This document shows, one piece after another, positions 12,501-24,500 of a stretch of 48,669 nt of DNA (within the stretch, counting starts at the first letter, position 1; the number at the start of each line of letters is the position of its first letter). Made by a program: the position numbers and the translations under genes. This stretch comes from Nemertoderma westbladi. Lineage: Eukaryota > Animalia > Xenacoelomorpha. The stretch is from contig JAUCBJ010002565.1 of assembly GCA_032718475.1 (NCBI GenBank), positions 1 through 48,669 on the forward strand, in the 5' to 3' direction. Below the pieces are notes generated by a model. It made no database searches. It saw only the letters and a program-made list of their open reading frames with translations, and was not told the origin of the DNA.

Positions 12501-15500
12501 TGGGGCATCTGATAGACGTTATGAAGGTTAAAGATGATGACGTTTTGGCTCAACTGGCTCAGGCAGCAGTGGGACACGTTCGTGGGACCTTTGCGCAGCA
12601 TGAACTGATGAAGTGAGCAAAGCCTTAGATAGCCCTAGCTGATAGGGGCCCCATTAACGTGTTATCTTTCGTTAGTCAGAGGTCGTTCAACACAATACTC
12701 GTCTCCTTAATTTGCCTCATTGCGTTCGTTTGTTTTTTACTAAACTACATGCATACATACCAAGTTTCGTTTAATTTCATCAAGGAATGACAGAGTTATT
12801 ATAGCGATAAAAAATTTACGACGACGTTGACGACAGACAACTCGTTTATGGCACCCATACAGCCATATGCTAAGGCTTCGCTCCCTTTGAACGTGCCTCT
12901 CCCCCACATTCAATCCGGTTCGACGCAGTTTGTTGCTCGTTTTTGCTCATTGCTGCTCGTTGTGCTTTATTATTTCTCGTTGTTGGTCATTGTCTGATTG
13001 TTGCTCATTGTTGGTTATTGTTGCTCGTTGTTGGTCATTGTTGCTCATTGTTTCTCGTTGTTGCTCATTGTTCCTTGTTGGTGCTCATTGTTGCTCGTTA
13101 GTTGTACTTTATTATTGCTCGTTGTTGCTCGTTGTTGTACTCTATTATTGCCCATTGTTGCTCATTATTGGTCATTGATACTCATTGTTGCTTCTTGTTG
13201 TACTTTATTATTGCACGTTCAATCGTTGTTCCTCATTGTTGCTCGTTGTTGTACTTTATTATTGCTCATTGTTGCTCGTTGTTGCTCAATATTACTCGTT
13301 GTTGCTCATTCGCTCGTTGTTGTACTTTATTATTGCTCATTGTTGCTCAATATAACTCGCTGTTGCTCGTTCAGTCGTTGTGGCTCATTATTGCTCGTTG
13401 TTGTTCTTTATTATTGCTCATTGTTGCTCAGTGTTTCTCATTGTTGCTCATTGTTGCTCAATGTTACTCGTTGTTACTCATTGTCACTCATTGTCATTGT
13501 TGCTCATTGTTACTCGTTGTTCCTCATGTCCTCGTTGTTGCGCGTTGTTGTACTTTATTATGGCCCGTTGTTGCTCATTATTACTCATTGTTACTCGTTG
13601 TTGCTCATTGTTGCTCGTTGTTGTACTTTATTATTGCTCGTTCAGTCGTTGTTGCTCATTATTGCTCGTTCAGTCGTTGTTGTTCTTTATTGTTGCTCAA
13701 TGTTACTCGTTGTTATACTTTATTATTGCTCATTGTTGCTCAATGTTACTCGTTGTTACTCATTGTCATTGGTGCTCATTGTTACTCGTTGTTCCTCATG
13801 TCCTCGTTGTTGCTCGTTGTTGTACTTTATTATTACTCATTGTTGCTCGTTGTTTCTCCATGTTACTCGTTGTTGCTCGTTGTTGCTCGTTCAGTCGTTG
13901 TTCCTCATTATTGCTCATTGTTGTTCGTTATTTCTCGCTGTTGCTCATTGTTGCTCGTTGTTGTACTTTATCATTGCTCATTTTTGCTCGTTGTGGCTCA
14001 TTGTCTGATTGTTGCTCAATGTTACTCGTTGTTGCTCAGTGTTTCTCATTGTTGCTCGTTGTTGCTCAATATTACTCGTTGTTATACTTAATTATTGCTC
14101 ATTGTTGCTCAATATTACTCGTTGTTGCTCATTGTCGCTCGTTGTTGTACTTTATCATTGCTCATTGTTGCCCAATATAACTCGTTGTTGCTCGTTCAGT
14201 CGTTGTTGCTCATTATTGCTCGTTGTTGTTCTTTATTATTGCTCATTGTTGCTCAGTGTTTCTCATTGTTGCTCATTGTTACTCGTTGTTACTCATTGTC
14301 ATTGTTACTCGTTGTTCCTCATGTCCTCGTTGTTCCTCATGTCCTCGTTGTTGTACTTTATTATGGCCCGTTGTTGCTCATTATTACTCAATGTTACTCG
14401 TTGTTGCTCATTGTTGCTCGTTGTTGTACTTTATTATTGCTCGTTCAGTCTTTGTTGCTCATTATTGCTCGTTCAGTCGTTGTTGTTCTTTATTGTTGCT
14501 CGTTGTTGCTCAATGTTACTCGTTGTTATACTTTATTGTTGCTCGTTGTTGCTCAATGTTACTCGTTGTTATACTTTATTATTTCTCATTGTTACTCGTT
14601 GTTTCTCATTGTCATTGGTGCTCATTGTTACTCGTTGTTCCTCATGTCCTCGTTGTTGCTCGTTGTTGTACTTTATTATTGCTCGTTGTTTCTCAATGTT
14701 ACTCGCTGTTGATCGTTGTTGCTCGTTCAGTCGTTGTTCATCATTGTTGTTCGTTATTTCTTGCTGTTGCTCATTGTTGCTCGTTGTTGTACTTTATTAT
14801 TGCTCATTTTTGCTCGTTGTGGCTCATTGTCTGATTGTTGCTCAATGTTACTCGTTGTTGCTCATTGTTACTCGTTGTTGCTCATTGTTGCTCGTTCAGT
14901 CGTTGTTCCTCCTTATTGCTCATTCTGTTGCTCAATGTTACTCGTTGTTGCTCGTTGTTTTGTTACTCATTGTTAGTTGTTGCTTTTTGTTGACCATTGT
15001 TGCTCGTTGTGCATTTTTCCACCTATCAAATTAAGCGCAGAAGCTCCCTTATCTCTGTATCTTGCAGTCTTGCAATGTCCTGTCCAGGTTAGGCAGTTAG
15101 AAGGTCATAACTGTCATAAGCAGATAAGGGCAGAAGGAGGACGGGGCTGGGAGACGAGGTTTTAAGAGACATTACAGCATTATATAAGGATATTTAATTT
15201 AATTTATTAATTTAATTTATTTTATTTATTAATTTAATTTTTTTATTTAGGGGCCTAATTTAATTTATTTAATTAAATTAAATTAATTTATTTTATTTAA
15301 TTTATTTAATATATGAGAAATGAGAAATATTTAATTTATTCAAGGATAAGGAGAATGCAGATTTTGGAATGAAATTGTATACCAAAATAAGAAACCCATG
15401 TCAAAAAGTTCTTATTTAAGGACTTTTCGTATTTATGTGTACAATTTCGATATCTTAAATAAGGTAAATTTAAAAAATCCCTCTTATTTAGGAACTGGTC

Positions 15501-18500
15501 GTATTTTTGATGCAATTTTAAAAGGCTTGTAGAAAAAAAACCGGACGGTGAAATGTTTTCTGGTTTTTTGCATTATGTTCAAGAAAGACCCAACTTTTAT
15601 ATTGTGAAATAAAATTATGCGGTATTTTTTCCTGAAACAAGTACTTGCATATTATGTCGAAAAAATATCCAAAAAAGGCCCAAAAACCCCTAAATAAGAG
15701 CCATTTTCCTTAAATAAGAACCCACTTTTGGAGCTTATTTAAGGGTATGTTCTAGGGCTCGATCGGAGCTCCGGCCTCCGGCTCCGGCCATTTTGGCACC
15801 TCCGGCTCCTGCTCCGGCTCCGGTAAAAATATTGCCGGAGTTAATTTTTTAATAAAGTATTATATTTCGTGCATATTCTAATCTGAACAATTATTTACAC
15901 TATAAGTAGTACTGTACAGCTGTAGTACAGCTTCAATATCAAGCATAATAACTGCACTGCAGTATTTACTTAAAGTCAATGACTGACTGACTGTACTGCA
16001 GTACTGGTACTGGCCAGCTGGCTAACTAGCAGACTATTACAGACAGGCAGTTGCAGTGCAACAATAGGCCAGCCGACGTAATCAGTAAATACTTAGAGTT
16101 CTGAATACCGTAATAATAGCTACCGTTCCAAAGGTTGAAACTGAAAGTATTAGTTGGCACCTGTACCGGTGACGCGTGCAATTCATATATAATTGACGTG
16201 ATCTTAGAATTTAGATTTGATGTTACTTTTCGTGCCAAAAGTAATTTTGGGTATATACTGTAGATGACAAAAATCTCATGCTCCTGCAAAAAATACACAA
16301 TTGCACTGCAAGGAAATTTAATAATTTCCACTATTTTTAGCGGAGATTTTTCACATCAATAAAATTGGGATTGTTGTATAGATTTTAGGTGTAATTTAAT
16401 TATTTGTTGTAGTTCAATATATTATATATATAGTTTAGTTTATATAGTTTATCCATACTGTAGTTTATGATATAACAAATAATTTTTTGGGAGCATGGGT
16501 TGGGTATCTGAGGTTGACAAATCTGATGGGCTGGGAAATACCCCCATATACAGAAGTTGTGTTAATAAGCTTGCTACATTGTACCAGCACAATGATAATA
16601 AAACTGGGTGACTACAAAACAAAGACCCAAGACCCAAATAATAAAGACCTGTACAAAACACATGTGTTAAAGTTAACTATCGTTTATTGTTTTGGTTCCC
16701 CCAACACGCCTCTGTAACCTGCTCCTTTACTAACCTGCTTCTTTAAATGGTAATGGGACCAAACGCTCTTTGGGACCTAACACGACTTTACCTCTTTGTT
16801 TTTTACAGGTTACAAGAGCGTTAGGTCCCATTGCCATTTAAAGGAGAAGGTCAGTAAAGAAGCAGGTTACAGCGGCGTGATGGGGGAACCAAAACAATAA
16901 ACGAAAGTTAACACATGTTACAAATTTATGCAGGTGTTTATAATTGGATCTTTGGTCTTTGTTTTCTAGTCACCCAATAAAACTTATTAAATGATTAGAC
17001 AAATTTATAGTTCAGTCAATCGATAGCCGGTGGACTAAGTTTGTTTACACAAAATTTGGGAAAAATCGCACCAATAGTTAGTTACCTTGTTGTTATGTAC
17101 AATCCATGTTGATAAGGAAAGAAACATTATGGTCATATTTTGTGTAGCATGTAATGTGTGTGATCTATATATCTTATTATTGGTGTTATGGGTGAACGTG
17201 GGATGGCGTCAGACTTCCAGCTCGGAGGTCACCAGTTCGATCCCACCTGGACGTCATTGCCGACATTGCAAAAGCTGTGCCCAACAAAAAGTTATAATAT
17301 CTATATATCTAAACGTACTTGTAGAACAACACCTTAACAATTTCACCTTAATATGTTACTAAGCCTGCCACTAGCTTTTGTATTCTTATTCCGGTACGGA
17401 ATGTATTATAATCCACGGCGGATACCATTTTCTTAAATGTACTAGGCCTACTCCCTCGTCGCCGACACTCACTCGGCCGTTGTACATCACGGGGATAAGC
17501 GGGATATAAAGCACTACTTTATTTACTTGTAATAAATAGTCATTTAACAGACATATAAACTACTTTATTTTGCCTAATATAATGAATTTTGCCTCATATT
17601 ATGACTAACCTCTCTAATTCGTCCTTTAGTTTCTTTCTCGAGGTTTCATCCTCATCCATATGATGTCTCAGGGTTTTCGTAGTGCACCTTTCCTCCGCTA
17701 GATCGCGTTTCAACGTCTGCACCTCAGCTTCCAACTCCGCTCTCTCCAACTTCATCCTTCGGATAAGATCCTGGATACTTCTTTCCTCGCACGATACTAT
17801 GGAACTTATCTCTTTCTTCAGGGATCCCACAATATTGTTGTGTTCCATCTCGACATCAGCTAACTTCGCATTTAGTCTTGCGATTTCTTCAGCAGCACCC
17901 TTGTCTTTATTGGTCGTAATTGATATTTGATATTTCAATTCCTAGAATAAAATATAATAATTTTACAAAAAAATAAGTAATTTTCTGCTGCAATGGATCA
18001 ATTAATTTAGATGAAGTTATTGAAAACAGACCACAATCACAAAGGTGCTTATTGGAGACCTGGAATAACAGCTAATATTCGTAAAATTTATAAAATTATA
18101 TATTTCGGTAATTAGTTCCGTAAATATCTTTACATAAATAAGTAGAAGACTAATAGTTTGATATTGCCCTTGGCTTATGAGATACTGTACTACCGTGTGA
18201 ATGGGTCATGTTTGTAATTTCAGAAACGACGTAAGAGTTATTCTCCAACAGTTAGGAAGTCGTCCCTTTAAATCTAACTAAAGATAACCAAAGCGCTAAC
18301 TGAAGCTAACCAAAGCTAACACCGTAGTGACTGACTCACGTTTTTCTCAGCAATTTCTTCGGTAATTCTCGCTCCAAGTTCACTCATCTGCCGGTTCAGT
18401 TCATTGATTTGTGATTTGTGTCTGTAATAGAAGCGAGTAATCAAACTGGATTATAAAAGGAATTTAGAGGTACAAAACGTGATCAAATGAGAAATCCGTA

Positions 18501-21500
18501 CTAAATATTTAATTATCTACCCGGTATAATTATACGCCTAAAAACACCAACAAAACAAACCTGGATTATTCCCATACCAACTAACCCCATCCCACACCCT
18601 CCCACCCCCCTCACTCCTCCCTCCCTACGGTTTCATCTACTTTACCTGGCGTCCTCCTCCTTCTGAATATTGTGCTGCATTCCCCTACCAACTAACCCCA
18701 TCCCACCCCCTCACCCCCCCCCCCTCCCTACGGTTTCATCTACTTTACCTGGCGTCCTCCTCCTTCTGAATATTGTGCTGCATTCCCCTACCAACTAACC
18801 CCATCCCACCCCCTCACCCCCCTCCCTCCCTACGGTTTCATCTACTTTACCTGGCGTCCTCCTCCTTCTGAATATTGTGCTGCATTCTCATTCCAGCTAA
18901 TTCTCCCTCTTGATTCATCTTTTCGGCATTGAGGTCGCTGAACTTTTTACGCTGTTCCTTAACTTCGCTCTCCAACTGGAATAAAATAAGTGTCCGGAAT
19001 GTTAGATATTTGGCGAATTACATTATTGGTTAGCAGTTAGTGTCTACTAACAATTACTAAATAACAAAAAACTTCATATATCATAACCGGTATACATAAT
19101 GCTGGGCCGGCCTGGGGTTGGCAATGCACTAACACGTTCGATGTTATCCTTTGCTTCTCTAAGTTGCCTATCGAACTCATCCTTCCCGTTTCTGAATTCA
19201 GCTAACTCGTCGGTTTTCTTCTTCAGCACCTCGTCCTGATGAGCCCGTGACACGATTATGTCGTTGAACTCGCGACTCATGGAATCGAACGAACTCATCT
19301 GGGGCACTCCCCCCATCCCCTGGCTGTATCGCGCTCGCGTCTCTACCTGAACCAAACGGTCTCGTTCTCTGTTTAATTCTTCTTCCATACGTTTACATTT
19401 GGATTTCCACCTGCAGTTACAAATGAGGCCGTTTTAATTAATACTTATTTCTTCGCCCATGGTAATCTTCCGCTCAGAATAAGTATGTAGTATAATTTAT
19501 TGAAAGTGATTAAGTAACGATTGACTATAGATTATTATAGACAATGGGCGGTGTAGTATAATTTATTGTAGATTTGAGAAAGCAATGTATACATAGTACA
19601 AGGTGGGTGCAATCTTCGCCCGCGTCCAATCTTCGCCCGCGGGAAATCTTCGCCCGCGTCCAACCTTCGCCGGATTGGGGGAAACGAGCAGGTTAAGGCA
19701 CGATAGGTTACAGAGACAAATTTCTAACCAAAACAATAAACGAGATTGTTAATACTTTTTTTTACACGTTAACACGTTTTAACAATTTTGAGGGCGAAGA
19801 TTGCTCCGGGCGAAGATTGCTCGCGGGCGAAGTTTACTGCGACATGCACACATGTACAGTAGAATCTAAACATATAATCGTATATATGTTGACCGATTCA
19901 ACAGGTCGCAAACATAAACAGTTTGATAGACAACAAACCTACGTATATAGGGCCTTCCTATACTCATATAGATAAGGCAGGATGTTCACGACGATTTACC
20001 GCCGTTCCTCGAAACAATTACTACGTACACCAACTACTACTACTAGGTCGAGCAAGCTCGGAGAGTGGAAAGGAGATCTTCTAGGAGATTCTAGGAAATT
20101 CTTCATACAGTATTTGTCGGTATCGCACTTTCGTTTCTAACACGTTCAGTAGTCAAGTCAAGTTGGTCTATATGTCATAGCCGGTCGCCCATCGCTATGC
20201 TTTCCATGTGTTACTTCACGAAAAGGTAGAACTGGTGTGATTTCACGTTTACTTCTCTAGCAGTACCTACTACATCGCAATCTGCGTTCATGGAGAGTGG
20301 TTGATACAGGTGGTTGGTATTGTACCACATATAGCTAGGAGTTTTGACATGTGTTGACTCCAGCTGATGTTTAGGGCTGCTATGCCCTTAGTAGTATTGT
20401 GTAGAAACCATCAATTCGTTGTTCACGTGATTTCGTAAGTGTTCCGGAATCACTCAGTATAAAAGCTCGAAATATTCAGGTGACAGGAGAGGTTTTATTT
20501 CCAGATGGTATCCATTTTTGATAGAGCTACCCATGCCTTTGCTTTCCTAACTTCTAAGTCTTTCCTGCTGTTTTCTATCCATGATCCAAGGTACGGGAAG
20601 TCCTCAACTTTCTTCAGTTTATTATTATCAATGGTGGACATTTCCATTAAAATTCAAATGTAAGGTTTGTTAGTATTTATACGAAATCAAACCCCAGGAT
20701 AGTGAGAATATCTGAACATGTGTGTCACAATATAACAATCCAATTCCAGCAGCGATTCTTCTGATAGGCCATAAGCTCTTAGGACTTACTTGTAACTTTC
20801 AGATTTGTGAATGTCTCTTTCCCTAAATTTCCGATGTGGCAATTTGAGACTAGTGCTCAGATTGTCTGGGAAAGGCTAGTAGCGATCATAATATTATTGA
20901 AGATGATACCTAACATGGGTGAGTAGAAAACAAAGACTTTACTGCCCGTTCTGTACAAAACAAAGAGGTAAAGTTGCGTTAGGTCATAAAGAGCGTTAGG
21001 TCCCATTGCCATTTAAAGGAGCAGGTTAGTGAAGGATCAGGTTACAGAGGCGTGTTTTGGGAACCAAAACAATAAACAAAAGTTAACACATGTTACTTAA
21101 AAGATTATGCAGGTCTTTATAATTGGGTCTTGGGTCTTTGTTTCGTACTCACACTACCAAACATAACATCACACAAAACACTAAGAACTTTGCGCCAATA
21201 GAATGTCAGCTGATTGGAACGCGCGATGACGTGGGTTAGAAAATAAAACAAAAAGTTGGATTTCACTTTCGGACATTTCGCCTCTTCTTCAGTCAGATTT
21301 CCGTCAACCTTCTTACAAAGACGGAGAATATGGAATAGAAGATACATGCCAAGTGACCACTTCAGCTGAGCAAATACAATGAATTTAGAGAAGGTTTTCA
21401 CGTTCTGAAATATAGCCCTTTAGCTGCCAACAGAAGAACGTATTAAATTGTTTGAAGTAAAACGTTCTAAACTTTTCTCATGAACTTCCAAGGAGACGTT

Positions 21501-24500
21501 CCCCATTGTGCCCAATTCCATTTTCAAATATTCCAGTTTGGCCGGTGTAACAGGCTGAGATAACTCCCCACCAAATATGACTCCCCAGTCTTCCCAGCCT
21601 AGACTGAGAACACTCCCCAGTTTTCTCCCTAGATTTCTTAATTAACGGAAAGGAGCAGGTTACAGTGGCGGGCTTTTCTAACCAAAACAATAAACGATAT
21701 CTCAATAACATAGGTTACAGTTTTATTTTTGCAATATACGAAAATAACACAGGTACGGATATGAATTATAACTCAAGTAAGGGAGTCATTTCAGCCTAAG
21801 GGGAGTTCTCACCCTAGGCTGAGATAACTGGGGAGTGTTCTCAGCCTAGGCTGAGATAACTGGGGAGTGTTCTTAGCCTAGGCTGAGACGACTGAGAAGT
21901 GTTCTCAGCCTAGGCTGAGATGACTGGGGAGTCATTTCAAGAGGGAGTTATCTCAGCCTTGTACACCGGTTCAACGCAACTGATGCAGTACAGCAATTAC
22001 TGGTACCAGACCCTCTAAATATTAGCTAGTTTGATATGAGAAATAGCAACGTCTTCTGGCCGTGCAGCCTTGTGTTCAGATTTGTAAAAAGTACGCTGTA
22101 ATTTTGCACGACATCGAATTAAAAGTGCGAGGGTCGACTGTCCGATGTAATGTACAGACAACTTCTGAACTTGCAACTACGAAAGTGCGTGTTTATACTT
22201 TAGACACAGTGCAAAATTGTCATTATACCAGTAACCACATTGCGCAGTCTGTGCTGGCGTGGGTGTAGCACTGCAGCAGAACCGTCCCCTGTCCCGCCAG
22301 TGTCCTGTGGGGCGAGCCACGAAGGGAGTGAGCCTTAGCGTAGTGGTACCATTAATCAACCTGTCGTTCTGTCGTTCTGTCGCGTCCAATTTTAAACGTT
22401 AATAACTCAGCCAATCTTTGATGAAATCTATCCAAACTTGGTACACATGTTGTTTGGCAAAAGTTTAGAAATTTTCCAAGTAGAATTTCCGTGTGGCCTT
22501 CGAGAAGCTAAGATAATAGCAGTTAATTAGTTAATTAAGTTGATTACGGTAAAAACACCATTTTCAACCTGCCTTTTAAAGGAAATTAATTGTTTTACAG
22601 TATAAGATTTAAATAATTATACTTAAAAATTATACAGATGTAATCCACATACGCCATTCTATTATAGTTTTTAATTAGTTCAAGTGATTTGCTTTATTAA
22701 TTGTGTCTTTAATTGATCTAAAGTAATTAAAACGTCATAAAAAATTGATTCTCATTAAATACTGCTCATTTAATGGCTAACATGCTGGTACGATGGAAGG
22801 ATGTGTGTGTAAGGCAGCTAGTTGCTGGGAATGATTATTGGTCAAGTCTCTGCTGGTGTGGAGCTAGCTGGCTTGGAGTTGTGGCTGTAGACTAACCAGA
22901 GAGGAATTGTAATAGGCAACCAGTATTGCTATTCCAGCCCAGACATCATTCTTTAAATCCAACATCCCAACATCCTTCCTGTATTGACTCTACTATAAGT
23001 GTTGTATTGCTATCTCAGGTAAATGACAGATATAATAACATAAATACCATCCATGGCATGGCTGTTGTAGGCTTCTGAAATAGTTTATTCCACAATGTAT
23101 ATGTCTGGTTATTTTTTAATTGAATTTTTGCAAAGTAGTAAAATTAATGTTCTTAAAAATAATATTATTATTTTATATGTAACCTAGGAAATTAGCTACA
23201 TTTTTTCGCTGCAGCTTTAAGAGTGTACATTGATTTAATATTATTTCAATACCCATATTACTACATCGGCATAAGATGCGTTGGCGTTGTATCACACATC
23301 TCCACATATCACACATCTCCACATAGATGTATCAACAGTTACTCGCACAGTTTCGAAACTTCGCATAGTTATAACTGTATAAAGATCGTCAGTCTGCGTT
23401 TAGGAAAAATATTTTATGACAAAACAGGACAAGCGACGAGCGCAACGAGGCATATAATGAAGACGAGTACTGCATTGACTAAATTATTATATAAACCACC
23501 TGGCTTCACATATTGATCGCATCCCTAGTTATTATTATTATAAAGATCGTCCTAGCCTGCGTTTAAGAAATATATTTAAATACAAAACAGGACGAACGCA
23601 AAGAGGCTTATAATGAAAACGAGTACTGCGTTTATTATATTCCTATAAACCACCTGGCTTTGCATATTTAACGTGCGATTGGAAATAAGTTCGTGCTACC
23701 CTTCCGTGGGTGGTAGATGTCCCGGTTATGTATTGGTGGTTGGAAATAATAAAATAGGCCTATTAAATATAATGCAAAAAGCAACAGATACGCCCGGGAT
23801 CGAACACGAGTCTGTGTTGATAAGTAATAGCGAAGTATCCATTCCACTAATCGACAAGAATGGAAACATGGGCACATTGAGGAACGAGGTGTGTTTAACG
23901 TCTCCTGAACTTCCATGAACCCACCAGCCGGCCTATTAATTACTACATAGTTAGTTAGCCTTTCCTTCTGTATTAAAATAGAAAAGTGAAATGTGAAAAT
24001 ACGAAGACTAATTATTATAGATACAACAAAAGAGATATCAAATTAGAAGCAATAACTTAGGTTTCGCTTGAAATTGAAAATTGAAACTTACATAATTGTC
24101 GATTTCCGTGCTAGCAGACATTTGGCTACCTAACAATAATATTATCAATAAATTACAGTTATAAGTCATAGGCCTATTAATTCTTTAAATTGTTCACAGA
24201 CACAGATTACATTGGATTGCTGCTACATCTTCTGGATTGCTAAGATGAATATTCTTAATACAATTTCTTCGCTAGTACGGAAATATATTAAATATTTTGT
24301 CGATAAAATATTTATTCACCGACGCAAGAAATGTAAGTCTGTGAAAGGTGCTCAAAATAACTCACCAAAAGGAGACGACGACAAACCGATAAGCGTGAAC
24401 TACCATTACACGAGACAATGTAATTACACTTGCGGATTTTGTTTCCATACCGAGAAAACCTCGTTCGTTCTTCCTATAGAAGAAGCGAAACGCGGACTCC

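Noticed and set aside
12930-15165. Multiple long Leu/Cys/Val-rich ORFs (up to 341 aa)
   Set aside because: Overlapping in all three frames of an A-poor satellite; stop codons are simply rare there.
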